A stretch of DNA of 51,628 nt from assembly GCF_006345805.1 (NCBI RefSeq), contig NW_021834527.1, positions 1 through 51,628 on the forward strand, in the 5' to 3' direction. Below the pieces are notes generated by a model, which saw nothing but the letters and a program-made list of their open reading frames with translations, was not told the origin of the DNA and searched no databases. The translations under genes and the position numbers were made by a program. Shown here in pieces: positions 37,767 through 50,304 of the stretch; position 1 is the first letter of the stretch, and every line of letters starts with the position of its first letter. Origin of the DNA: Octopus sinensis (taxonomy: Eukaryota).

Positions 37767-39161
37767 CGTGTGTCCCTGTTCTTGTGTGTAAGGTCTAAAA
37801 AATGGTTGGTGTAGTTATGTTCAAAACTACTATTTATCTGTCTCATGTTGTTATAATTGTCAGAGTGAGTTTGTGGTGCTCTGTTCTGAAGTGTGTTGTT
37901 GTACCTAGTGTTCCGTCTTAGTTCATCAGGTATATTGTGTTGGTAGTTGTTTCCTCCGTAGTGCATTTGTTGTTTGTTAGGTTTGTATGGTTGGTTCCTG
38001 GGGTGGATGTTTGGTAGTAGCGTTTTAGTTTGGTTATGTGGATTGTATTTCATAGTATTGTATGTTGTGGCTCTTAGGTTCGTGAAATAGTGTGGTGGGC
38101 CCCTGTAAGTGCTTAGGGGTTGGTGTAGGTAGTGTGGGGTGCGTTTTAAATGTATTTTTCTGGTGTAGAGTGTGTTTGGATTTCTTGGTGGTTGTTCTGT
38201 TCTGTTGGTATATCTATTTTCGAACTGGTGTGGTGGGCCTCTGTAGGTGTTTTGGGGTTGGTGTAGGTAGTGTGGGGTGTGTTTTAAGTGTATTTTTCTG
38301 GTGTAGAGTGTGTTAGGATTTCTTGGTGGTTGTTCCATTCTGTTGGTATTTGGTTTTGATTTACTTAATTTTATGAAGGGGTTGTTGGATATGTGTTCAT
38401 TTTTGAAGTTGGTTTCATAATCTAAAAACCAGATGGCGCTCTTTTCCCATCGTTGGAGGGACTTAAGTTCCTCTTTTTCACATTCTTCATTCCATAGTGC
38501 TGGTAATGTTTCAGTATTGATGTTGTCTATTAGTTTGATGACTTCTTCGTTGATTCCCTCGTCTATGGTTTTTACTTTTTCTTCATTCGTCTTAGCTCTC
38601 AGCTTGAGTAGTTCTATTTCTATCTTCATTTTTTCTAATGACATTTTTTTCTCTAAGTTTTCTTTGTTCTTTTGGTTCTTCCGAGATGGGCTTGATTTGT
38701 AATTTGCGGGGTATGACTAGGGGTGTTGAGTCTAGCCATTTTTGGTAAATCTCTGCTTTATTCTGATTTTGTATCATTTTCCAAAAAGCGAATTTTCTGT
38801 TTCACTGTAGTGTTCTCCATTGGGGGAGGACTTGGTTCTTTATTTGTAATGTTGAAGTTGCTCAGTTCTTCCCATGTGGTCCTTCTTTTTGTTGCTCTTG
38901 TTTCGTAAAGTTTGTGAAGAATGTCTTCATTGTATCGCATAGATTTTCAACTTTCTCGTATATTTCAGAGGGTGTTTTATTCGATTCGGTTTCCTCGTTT
39001 GTTTGTGTAGAAGGTCGAGATGTTGAGTTGAGTTTGTTTAACACTGCTGTTAGGTTTGAATTTATGCTTTTCAATTCTTTCGGTATCTCTTCATTTATTG
39101 AGGAAATGTCGTTGGTGTCTTTTTTAGCAGGCATTTTCGGAGCTCGTACGTGATGTGACAT
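37733..39161 (-). pseudogene. PLE ORF1: K/E-rich helical (coiled-coil-like) protein with a disordered N/P/H/Y-rich tail; frameshifted or internally deleted
   Basis: Consecutive ORFs 39161-38862, 38940-38758, 38777-38592 and 38644-37733 (FWKMIQNQNKAEIYQKWL…IPRKLQIKPI…EKMKIEIELLKLRA…LWNEECEKEE). Lies between the 5' pLTR and ORF2. Confidence 0.7.
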
Positions 39162-39189
39162 TTATAAGATTAGCTCGTATACGAGTGGG

Positions 39190-39821
39190 TATATATTTGT
39201 AAAAAATGAAGTTCGAAAATGCTGCTATATTAGACAAATTTATAATTTTTATATATACATTATTTATTTAACATGTTTCGGTTCTTGAAATGATGAACCT
39301 TATCAAAAAAAATTATATATAAAAAAGACAGTTCATGCTATCAAATATAAAAAAATTCATATATAATATACAATAGAGTCAGTCATCACAAGTTCATATA
39401 TAGTGAAGTGAGTTCATGCCATATGTTTATAAAAAAGATAGTTCATGCTATCAAATATAAAAAATTCATATATAATATACAATAGAGTCAGACATCAAAA
39501 GTTCATATATAGTGAAGTGAGTTCATGCTATATGTTTATAGAGTATGATGCAGTGGTTCATAGTGGTGATATGCATTCAATATAAAAAAAATAGTTCATA
39601 GTGGTGATGTGCAGTCAATATAAAAATGATGTTCTTGAAAGAGCGAGGAATTCATTTTAGATTTTACCTTGAGCAACTGTGATGACTTTTGGTCGGTGTC
39701 CGCTGGACAGTTCTGGCGAACCTTGTGAATTGTTTGGGTTTTATATCACCTGTTAGGTGGCCAGTACAGCGGAACGTGACGTCATCAACGTTTTGACCAA
39801 TCGTTTCGTTAGGTGGCTAGT
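39190..39821 (-). repeat. 5' pseudo-LTR of the PLE
   Basis: Direct repeat of 34371-35001, ending ~30 nt before the ORF1 ATG. Confidence 0.9.
39267..39309 (-). ncRNA. Minimal hammerhead ribozyme, U3-A8 variant (5' pLTR)
   Basis: Identical to 34448-34490. Confidence 0.65.
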
Positions 39822-39823
39822 TG

Positions 39824-39880
<57 letters not shown>

Positions 39881-40202
39881 TTATTCTGTATGCATGCATA
39901 TTACTTAAACTAGTAGCTTGTTAGCTATTCTTAGCTAGTTAATTGTCAAGCGGTCTTTCTTCAAATCTAATGACAAATCTCGCTACCATAGTAAGTCACT
40001 TCATACTTCTTACAACCGTAGCTCGAGGAATTTCTCTTGTGACAAATACTAGGAATTTCTAGTGATTGCTTTGAAATGTCTGCCCAGGAAACAAATTTGT
40101 TATTGTTCGTCTCTCTCAGATGAACACTCTTGGCAGATAACTCAGATGCAGCATGTAACGTCAAGGTCGTCGGGCACCGATTATCGATTGCTATTTCGTG
40201 AT

Positions 40203-40245
<43 letters not shown>

Positions 40246-40306
40246 TATATTTGTGTGTGTGTGAGCGTGTGTGTGAGCGTGTGTGTGTGTGAATGTGTGT
40301 GTGTGA

Positions 40307-40340
<34 letters not shown>

Positions 40341-40341
<1 letters not shown>

Positions 40342-40758
40342 CTCTTTACTCTTTTACTCTTTTACTTGTTTCAGTCATTTGACTGCGGCCATGCTGGAGC
40401 ACCGCCTTTAGTCGAGCAAATCGAACCCAAGACTTATTCTTTGTAAGCCTAGTATTTATTATATCGATCTCTTTTGCCGAACCGCTAAGTTACGGAGACA
40501 CAAACACACCAGCATCGGTTGTCAAGCGATGCTGGGAGGAAAAACCCAGACACACAAACACACACACACACACATACACATACATATATACACATATATA
40601 CGACGGGCTTCTTTCAGTTTCCGTCTACCAAATCCACTCACAAGGCTTTGGTCGACCCGAGGCTATAGCAGAAGACACTTGCCTAAGGTGCCACGCAGTA
40701 GGACTGAACCCAGAACCATGTGGTTCGTAAGCAAGCTACTTACCACACAGCCACTCCT
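40341..40758 (-). mobile_element. SINE family A, full length
   Basis: Head, internal microsatellite and tail as above. Confidence 0.9.
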
Positions 40759-41328
40759 ATATATATATATATATATATAATATATATAATATATATATAT
40801 ATATATAATATTAATTAGAGACAAAACCACTATTTTGTAAATCAAACAAGGAAAGACTTAATCAATACATAAAAAATTTTAATATAAAGTAAATAAATCG
40901 CCACTACAATTGATGAACACTCTTGGCAGATATATACTACAATATATACAGAGAGGGAGAGAGAGATTTATAACTATATAGATATAGATAGATACGGTAT
41001 TGTATATCTATATACAGATAGATAGATAGACAGGCATATATAGCGATGTTCAGTTACACTTTCTACACTCATCTTTCATTATATTTGTGAACTTTTACAC
41101 CCGCACGTTGGCACTCACGCACCAAGCACACACACACGCACAGAAAGGCAAGCACGTGCGTGCTTACACAAGTCTCATTAACATACAATAGAATCCCATA
41201 TACAGTGGGAAGTTGGAAAATTCATTGATATTATTTCTTTTACATGTTAGAAAAACATGGAAAGAATTTCCGATTAGAAAAGCTTCAGACGGAGAATTAA
41301 ATAATATTATTTTTGCATTTATATATAT

Positions 41329-41725
41329 ACTAGCAGTATCGCCCGGCGTTGCTCGGGTTTGTAAGGGAAATAACTATATAAGCATTTTTAGAGATGTAAA
41401 GTATAATAGCCATCTCAATATGGCTAACCACAAAGGGGGGGTGTTACTGTAGCTTTTTACTTTCTGAGATTTAATAATAAATTTTTAAAGAGTTACTTCT
41501 CTTATATATGCCAAAAATGCATTAAAAATGGGAAAAATTGATGGCAAATTTTTTTTAAATCGTAGACTCATCGTTGACGTGCGCTAATACCCAGAAGGGC
41601 TCGATATGAATCACGACTATAAGATACCCGGTTTTGGTTAAACTGCATCGCAAAATGTGGGAGTAGTTAGGAATCTAAATCGTAGGAGACAGACAGCACA
41701 CAGCCTTACTTTTATATATAAAGAT
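41329..41725. mobile_element. Non-autonomous Helitron/Helentron (HINE/Lep1-like) element
   Basis: Begins ACTAGC…GCCCGGCGTTGCTCGGGT (subterminal hairpin) and ends …GACAGACAG…TTTTATATATAAAGAT. Confidence 0.65.
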
Positions 41726-42212
41726 ATATATATGTAGATATATATATATATATATACAAACATATATATGTGCGCACACACATATACATACATATATATG
41801 TGTGTTTGTGTGTATGTATGTATATATATATATATACGTATGAACATTCATATACACGAACACATGCACTCACATGCACATACATGCACACTTATACATA
41901 TATGAACGTACACACGTATACACACATACACATACATTACTACATACACGTACATATTTACATAAAAATATTATCAAACGCTAAATTTGAAAGATGCCAA
42001 CAAATAATTACAAAAAATTACTTCGACAAAAATTATAAAAATGTACGTATAAAAATATATAAACAAAACTGTAAGAGAGATTTTTATCGTGAAAAGAAGG
42101 AGGAATTATGGATATGTGGATAGCATTTCAACAAAAAGCAAGAAAATACAATAAAAACATAATAGCACTTGTACGTCTGTATGAGTAGACACTCATACAT
42201 ACTAAACACATA

Positions 42213-42324
42213 CAGGGACGGACTGAGCCGTCGGTCAACCGGGCGCCGCCCGAGGGCCCGCACTCTACATGTTAACTCCCTTTAATAGCAATACTATGGG
42301 GTCCGATGAACAGTCATGCCCCTG
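42213..42324. mobile_element. Small hAT-like MITE
   Basis: TIRs CAGGGACGGACTG / CAGTCATGCCCCTG; imperfect 8-bp TSD AACACATA/CACCCATA. Confidence 0.55.
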
Positions 42325-42560
42325 CACCCATACATTTTATTTTACGTAACTGGAACATTTGATGAAGTGTATCCACACACACACATACACATACATAGAT
42401 CGATCGACACGCATTGAGTCGAACCAGGGACAGCTGATGAAGGGGAATTTTCCTTGTATTGTTTGTCCTGTACTCTGTTTTTTCGTTGTTAATAAAAGTC
42501 CGTTTCCTTGTTTGATTTTGTTTTCGTTTCTCGTTCTACGTTTATTTGTGGTGTCCTGTA

Positions 42561-42614
<54 letters not shown>

Positions 42615-42710
42615 ATATATATATGCTTGTATATATTCATGTAGATGTAAGTATGTACATATATGTATGTATATATGCATATATTTTATTTATTTATTAT
42701 ATTGTTATAT

Positions 42711-42761
<51 letters not shown>

Positions 42762-42927
42762 ATAGTTATCGCCATACTAATATGGCATTCTTATAAAAAT
42801 AAGAATAAAGCTGTCCGCTTATTAGCTCCATGAGGCCATCGCCTTAAGTTAGCTATTTGATACAGAAACTGTATCCATATAACATTCGAACAAGGGAGGT
42901 CAGTCGCTCCACACTACTTGACCGGCA

Positions 42928-42969
42928 GCTACAGACGCGTTTCGGGGTATTGCCCCTTTTCAATGCAGC
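42928..42969 (-). ncRNA. Hammerhead ribozyme, U3-A8 variant
   Basis: Exact inverse of 43234-43275. Confidence 0.8.
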
Positions 42970-43233
42970 GTAGCCAGACCAGTAGGTGTCGCTTCTGACA
43001 ATCTCTGTTCGAAGGTTTTATTTACCTAGCTTCGGTGGAATACATCCACTTGTTTTCAATAATAGAAATATTAAAATTACTAAGTCTCTCTAAAAGAGAA
43101 CAACGGCAGGGTTCCCGGAAAATAATAGTTATCGCCATACTAATATGGCATTCTTATAAAAATAAGAATAAAGCTAGGTAAATAAAACCTTCGAACAGAG
43201 ATTGTCAGAAGCGACACCTACTGGTCTGGCTAC

Positions 43234-43275
43234 GCTGCATTGAAAAGGGGCAATACCCCGAAACGCGTCTGTAGC
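43234..43275 (+). ncRNA. Hammerhead ribozyme, U3-A8 variant
   Basis: GCTGCA-TTGAAAA-GGGG-CAATA-CCCC-GAAAC-GC-GTC-TGTAGC: 6-bp stem I, 4-bp stem II, palindromic ACGCGU, GUC site. Confidence 0.8.
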
Positions 43276-43511
43276 TGCCGGTCAAGTAGTGTGGAGTGAC
43301 TGACCTCCATTGTTCGAAGGTTATATGGATACAGTTTCTGTATCAAATAGCTAACTAAGGCGGGCCTCATGGAGCTAATAAGCGGACAGCTCTTATTTTT
43401 ATTTATAAGAATGCCATATTAGTATGGCGATAACTATTATTTTCCGGGAACGCTGCCGTTGTTCTCTTTTAGAGAGACTTAGTAATTTTAATATTTCTAT
43501 TATATATATAT

Positions 43512-43561
<50 letters not shown>

Positions 43562-44050
43562 CACACACACCACACCAAAAACTCAGATTATAACTGTTGT
43601 TTTCCTAACCAAAGATATATATAAAAAATAAGATGAAGTAAATTGTATTTAGTAAATGAAAAAGTAATTTACGATGGTTTGTATCTGATTATAGATTACT
43701 AAGATGTGTAAGTAATTACAGCTGAAAGAGTGATAATTTTATAGACATACCTACTAAATTATACACACACATTCATATACACAAGAATATACACCCACGA
43801 AGGCATTCGTTTTATGGTATTGTAAAAGCGATATCACGAAGACAGACAAAAGTATATTTTGTAATTGTTTGCATGCATGAACACGCAGAAGGCTTTATAG
43901 CTGATGTGTGTGTGTGTGTGTGTGTGTCAGTGTGAACACCGACAAATATATTTATGTTGTATATAATCTATGCACATATATCTATATATAAATATACGGG
44001 AGTATATGTGTCTATGCATATATTTGCTTATACATGAACATGTATATACA

Positions 44051-44092
<42 letters not shown>

Positions 44093-44648
44093 CAAAATAA
44101 GCAACAAGTAATTTGGTACGATCGTTTCACGCTACATCATTTTATTAAATATTGTAAGTATTACAACAGTTTTAAAATGTTGAGCAATCATCAGCCATTC
44201 ATAGAGGTTTTCCATTAATACATAATTTCATTTGAATCTATATATATATATATATACAGAACACACACACACACACACACACATGGCATTGATTCGGCTT
44301 ATGACAATAAAGCTAATCTGATGGGCAGAAATCTCCCTGAATCTTCGTACATGAAACGTTAATGAACGTCAAGGAGACAAAAGTATAAACGTCTCTGATT
44401 TATCTGTCTATTGATGCAGTCCGGATAACCGAATGACCGAATGACCGAATGACCGAATGACCGAATGTACGAATGGCGTATTAGGAAAAGCCCGAGAGAT
44501 TGTTATTGGAAGATAATTTCTTATGAAATGAAAATAAATGTCGCAATTATTTATTAGTGAAGTGAGGAAGGAAAAACATTTCGTTTGGAGAGGAATAACG
44601 CGTTGCACGAATGAAAATCATTACATACATACAAACATACAAACATGC

Positions 44649-44679
<31 letters not shown>

Positions 44680-44712
44680 ATATATATATGCATGTATATA
44701 TATATATGCATG

Positions 44713-44770
<58 letters not shown>

Positions 44771-44810
44771 TATATATATATAATATATATAATATTTATA
44801 TAGTTATTTA

Positions 44811-45890
44811 TATTAGTTTGGAATGAAAGTCTTGTCGCATTCTTATCATTATCTTACGCTAAAATTAACATTTTTTTCCCAAATTGTTGTTTTCCTTTTA
44901 TTTGCAGACTACTTTTATAACACAATGGTTAAAATCGTATCGATTTTACTCTTTTAAAATGAGTTTAGATCCTCAGAGCCATATCAGACACTGCATGCTG
45001 CAGTATGAACTAACAAAAGGCTCTTCAGCAGTGGAAGCGGAAAGAAATATTCGTTCTGTCTATGGAAATGAAGCTCTGTCTGCACACATGCTAACAAGGT
45101 TTTGGCCAGTTTCACTCGGGGAATTTTTTCTCACAGAATCCTCTCGATCTGGACGGCCACGATTTGTCAATATTGAGCTTCTAAAAACTGTAATTGATGA
45201 AAATCCACAGCAAACCGCAAGAAAATCAGTCCAATTCAAACACCACTACCGTCATCATTAAGGGAAAAAGATCAGTATATTCGTTATCGTCTGCTTCTCA
45301 TCTTTATCAAAGTGTTATCTTCTGCTCGTCATGACAGACAAGACTTGCTATCGAACCTCTCCGGGGTGGGTGGGGGAGAATCATCAAAACTGGTGGAAAA
45401 TGGATTCTCCAACGAAAATTACAACGGTTAGCATTCAATGAAAGATCGGACAATCTCCTCCAAACCGGAATAACACCCGAAAAATGTTATGTTCTATCCT
45501 GGTGGGATTCGGAAGGTGTCGTCTATCATAAAGTGCTAAACGAAAGGGAACAATGCGGAGAAGTATTGCCGTCAACTGGAAAATATTGCAGGACAAAAAG
45601 CGCCCATCATTAGTCAATGAAAAATGGGAGTTACTCTCAGGCGATCATCTACAACCACATATTAACCCAAATCACCCAAGATCATGACACAAAATATAAA
45701 AATGTTACCTCATCCTCCTTTTTCTCCTGACCTTGCTTTATATGACAAGCATGTTTCAGATCATTGCAACATTATTTAAAGCGAAAACAATTAGTTGTGA
45801 GAAGGCGAACAATTTGTCAAATCGATGAAATCATAGTATCAATAATGAGCGGAAATATTTTCTGGACTAAATATAATTTATTAAGTCCAA
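44811..45890 (+). mobile_element. Decayed mariner transposon
   Basis: HTH region IRHCML.YELTKGSSAVEAERNIRSVYGNEALS…RSGRP; LPHPPFSPDLA (YSPDL motif) at ~45706; left end follows TA. Confidence 0.85.
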
Positions 45891-46490
45891 AGAAGCAATC
45901 GTTTCTTCCCTATCTCGAATTTTCTGAATTTCTTTCCAAATTAAAAGAAAATTAAAGGAGCCTTAGTGAGAAAAAGTCGTGGTAGGAAGAAAAGGAAAAG
46001 TACTAAGAAGACAGGAGATGGAGTTCGATGCGGGGAAATTAAGAGAGGATAACGCGCGGTGTGTCTGTGTATTGATATCAGCAAAGGAAGAGGGGTGTTG
46101 ATGTGGCTTTTGGAGTGGTGTGTGTAGATGTGTGTAGTAGTGTGTAACTGTGAGTATGTGACAGTATAGTGCAGTGGATGTTTGAGTGGCTGGTGTGGGG
46201 AAGTGAAGAAGTGGTAGCAGGCGTGAGTATGAGGTAAATAGGATGGCAAGAAGGAATGTGGAGGGTGTAGTGGAAATGTGTGCAAAGGTGGAGAAGTGAG
46301 GATAGAAAAAGCAAAACGGAGAAACAAAAAATTAACAACAGGGTAAAAATGGGAATTGCATTTGTTTATGTGAAAAAAGAAGACTGTTGGAGCGGGGGGG
46401 CAAAAAGAAAACATTAGGAGTGTATATAAACGGAATGGAAAAAATTAATACAACTACGACTATTACTACAAATACTACTGCTGCTGTTGC

Positions 46491-46570
<80 letters not shown>

Positions 46571-46571
<1 letters not shown>

Positions 46572-47143
46572 ACAGAGTTGGAACCTACATACATTGGAAG
46601 CTATGCCAACATTATGGAATAACAACAGAAAAAAGATGGTATAGGCACACACCAGAAAAGGTCACAGAAAATGAGAAAGCAACCATACTCTGGGATATGC
46701 CGATACACACAGATAGAGAAAAAGGCCAACAGACCAGATATAGTTGTCAGAGATCATGAAGAAAAAAATGCTTTCTAATTGATGTATCAATACCGGCAGA
46801 TGACAACGTGTCTCTAAAAGAAATGGAGAAACTCTCAAAATACAAAGACCTGGAAATAGAGTAACTAGAATGTGGAACCTGAAAACAGAACAATTCTATC
46901 ATAGTAGGTGCATTAGGCATGATAAAAAAATTTCAGACAAATACATAACAAAAACACCAGGACTTACAAACACATATAACATACAGAAAATTGCACTACT
47001 AGGCACTGCACACATCCTACGCAGAACACTTTCCATACAATAACCATCAGAGCATCACAACAAATCACAGCACATACCCAAGGCATACAGAGCTGCGCTC
47101 GGTAGTGAAGTGAAAGCACGCTATAAAAATAAAACTACTGAAG
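46571..47143 (+). mobile_element. 5'-truncated R4/Dong-like RLE retrotransposon in (TAA)n
   Basis: RVGTYIHWKLCQHY…ILWDMPIHTDRE, then frameshifted NRPDIV…LIDVSIP…KYKDL…IVGALG…LGTAHILRR; 3' UTR; TAA arrays on both sides. Confidence 0.85.
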
Positions 47144-47153
47144 AATAATAATG

Positions 47154-47224
<71 letters not shown>

Positions 47225-47225
<1 letters not shown>

Positions 47226-47563
47226 TCCTTTCTCCAGTAGGCACAAGGCCTGAAATTTTGAGGGAGGGGCCATTCGATTAGATCGAGCTCCGTACGCAAG
47301 TGGCAGATTCGTAGTGGCAGACGAAATACCCATTTCTTTACTACCCACAAGGGGCTAAACACAGAGAGGACAAACAAGGAGAAACAAATGGATTAAGTCG
47401 ATTATATCGACACCAGTGCGTAACTGGTACTTATTTAATCGACCCCGAAAGGATGAAAGGCAAAGTCGACCTACGCGGAATTTGAACTCAGAATGTAGCG
47501 GCAGCCGAAATACTGCTAAGCATTTCGCCCGGCGTGCTAATATTTCTGCCAGCTCGCCGCCTT
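47225..47563 (-). mobile_element. SINE family B, dimeric form
   Basis: Inverse of the 663-1052 layout; inserted in a TAA array. Confidence 0.85.
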
Positions 47564-47591
47564 CACAATAATAATAATAATAATAATAATA

Positions 47592-47626
<35 letters not shown>

Positions 47627-47630
<4 letters not shown>

Positions 47631-47884
47631 GTAACTGCAGAATATGTGGAGATGGACAAGAAACAATAAATCATATTATCTCTAGCTGCCCAGTCCTGGC
47701 TAAGAAGGAATATATTCACAGACATGACAGAGTTGGAACCTACATACATTGGAAGCTATGCCAACATTATGGAATAACAACAGAAGAAAGATGGTATAGG
47801 CACACACCAGAAAAGGTCACAGAAAACGAGAAAGCAACCATACTCTGGGATATGCCGATACACACAGATAGAGAAATTAAGGCC
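47627..47884 (+). mobile_element. Second R4/Dong-like fragment (CCHC knuckle), 3'-truncated and fused to an unrelated tail (47885-48046)
   Basis: CRICGDGQETINHIISSCPVLAKKEYIHRHDRVGTYIHW; nearly identical to the 46571 copy over the shared part. Confidence 0.85.
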
Positions 47885-48045
47885 ATGTGCTGTTTATCTT
47901 GATATGAGATCACCATGTCGGGCACATATGGTTGTGATGCATGTGCCTGGTGTACCCTTATCAGACGGGTAGTCATGATGGGTATATTGGGCTTCGTATA
48001 TTTTACCCCAGTGTCACTTTGATGGCATGAACTGCTCTCTCACTC

Positions 48046-48076
<31 letters not shown>

Positions 48077-48087
48077 TAATAATAATA

Positions 48088-48143
<56 letters not shown>

Positions 48144-48182
48144 ATGATGATAATTATAATAATAATTATAATGATAATAATA

Positions 48183-48583
48183 ATAGGAGAGTATTGTAGT
48201 TCGCTTGAAGCATCGTATATTGTTTGTAAAGAATAAAAAGTTTTGAATGGTACAACAATGCACTATAAAACAAACAATGGGCTATGTACCTGTTGTAATT
48301 TAGTCAGCCATAGTCTGATATGATATTTAGGAATAATATTCCTTCTTCAGAGATTCTGAGATGGAGTCGCTACTATAATCGGTTTTCTAAAAATAAAAAA
48401 AAAATAAGAAAGAAAAGCCGTTAGGAAAACCGATTATAGTAGCGACTCCATCTAAGAATCTCTGAAGAAGGAATATTATTCCGAAATATCATCAGAATAT
48501 GGATGACTGAATTACAACAGGTATATAGTCCATTGTCTGTGTTATAGTGCATTGTTGTACCATTCAAAACTTTTTATTCTTTA
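48183..48583. mobile_element. Palindromic PLE-derived element with head-to-head hammerheads
   Basis: Arms ~48227-48390 and 48421-48583. CTGAAGA-A-GGAAT-ATT-ATTCC-GAAATATC at 48462-48490; the left copy has GAAA changed to TAAA. Confidence 0.8.
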
Positions 48584-48589
48584 ATAATA

Positions 48590-48620
<31 letters not shown>

Positions 48621-48664
48621 TAATAATATAATAATAATAATAATAATATAATATTAATAATATG

Positions 48665-48714
<50 letters not shown>

Positions 48715-48896
48715 TAATAATAATAATAATGATAATAATAATAATAATAATAATATGATAATAATAATAATAATAATAATAATAATATAATAATGATGAT
48801 GATATAATAATAATAATAATAATATAATAATAATGATAATAATAATAAGGATAATATATAATAATATAATAATAATAATAATAATAATGAATAATA

Positions 48897-48942
<46 letters not shown>

Positions 48943-49078
48943 TAAAAATAACAATAATAATAATAATAATAATAGTGATAATAATAATAATAATAATGTA
49001 ATAATAATAATATATAATAATAAGAATAATAATAATAAAATAATAATAATTAATAATAATAATAATATAATAATAATG

Positions 49079-49114
<36 letters not shown>

Positions 49115-49119
49115 TGATG

Positions 49120-49153
<34 letters not shown>

Positions 49154-49211
49154 TAATAATAATAATAATAATATAATAATAATAATCATAATAATAATAA
49201 TAATAATAATG

Positions 49212-49248
<37 letters not shown>

Positions 49249-49264
49249 TAATAATATAATAATA

Positions 49265-49300
<36 letters not shown>

Positions 49301-49342
49301 TAATAATAATAATAATAATAATAAATAATAATAATAATAATG

Positions 49343-49375
<33 letters not shown>

Positions 49376-49536
49376 TAATAATAATGATAATAATAAATAA
49401 TAATATATAATAATGATAATAATAATAATATAATAATAATAATAATAATAATTAATATAATAATAAATAATAATAAATAATAATAATAATAATAATAAAA
49501 TTAAGATAATTAATAAAATATAATATAATAATAATG

Positions 49537-49597
<61 letters not shown>

Positions 49598-49727
49598 TAA
49601 TAATAATAATAATAATATAATATAATAATAATATTAATAATAATAATAATAAAATAATAATAATAATAAGAATAATAATGATAATAATAATAATAATAAT
49701 GATATAATAATAATAATAATTAATAAT

Positions 49728-49760
<33 letters not shown>

Positions 49761-49877
49761 AAAATAATAATAATAATAATAATAATGATAATAATAATAA
49801 TAATAATATAATAATAATATAATAATAATAATGATAATAATAATAATAATAATAATATAATAATAATAATAATAATG

Positions 49878-49948
<71 letters not shown>

Positions 49949-49981
49949 TAATATAATAATAATAATATAATAATAATAATA

Positions 49982-50030
<49 letters not shown>

Positions 50031-50088
50031 TTAATGATAAATATAATAATAATAATAATAATAATAATATAATAATATAATAATAATA

Positions 50089-50123
<35 letters not shown>

Positions 50124-50126
50124 TGA

Positions 50127-50163
<37 letters not shown>

Positions 50164-50270
50164 TTAATATGATAATATAATAATAATAATATAATAATAA
50201 TAAATAATAATAATGATAATAATAATAATAATAATGATAAAAATAATAATAATAAATAATAATATATAAT

Positions 50271-50304
<34 letters not shown>

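Larger units (their letters stand above)
34371..39821 (-). mobile_element. Near-complete Penelope-like retroelement (Neptune/Nematis-like) with tandem pseudo-LTRs
   Basis: ~630-bp direct repeats at 34371-35001 and 39190-39821; PLE RT plus GIY-YIG ORF; HHR in each repeat; flanked by (TA)n. Confidence 0.95.
42757..43502. mobile_element. Recent PLE-derived direct plus inverted pLTR duplication with two hammerheads
   Basis: Block 42757-~43120, direct repeat of its start at ~43123-43175, inverted copies through 43502; very few mismatches. Confidence 0.85.

Noticed and set aside
34371-39821. LTR retrotransposon interpretation of the 630-bp direct repeats
   Set aside because: No TG…CA ends, PBS/PPT, integrase or protease; the RT and GIY-YIG domains are PLE-type.
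44429-44466. (CCGAATGA)n short tandem repeat
   Set aside because: About five units of an ordinary 8-bp repeat with no further structure.
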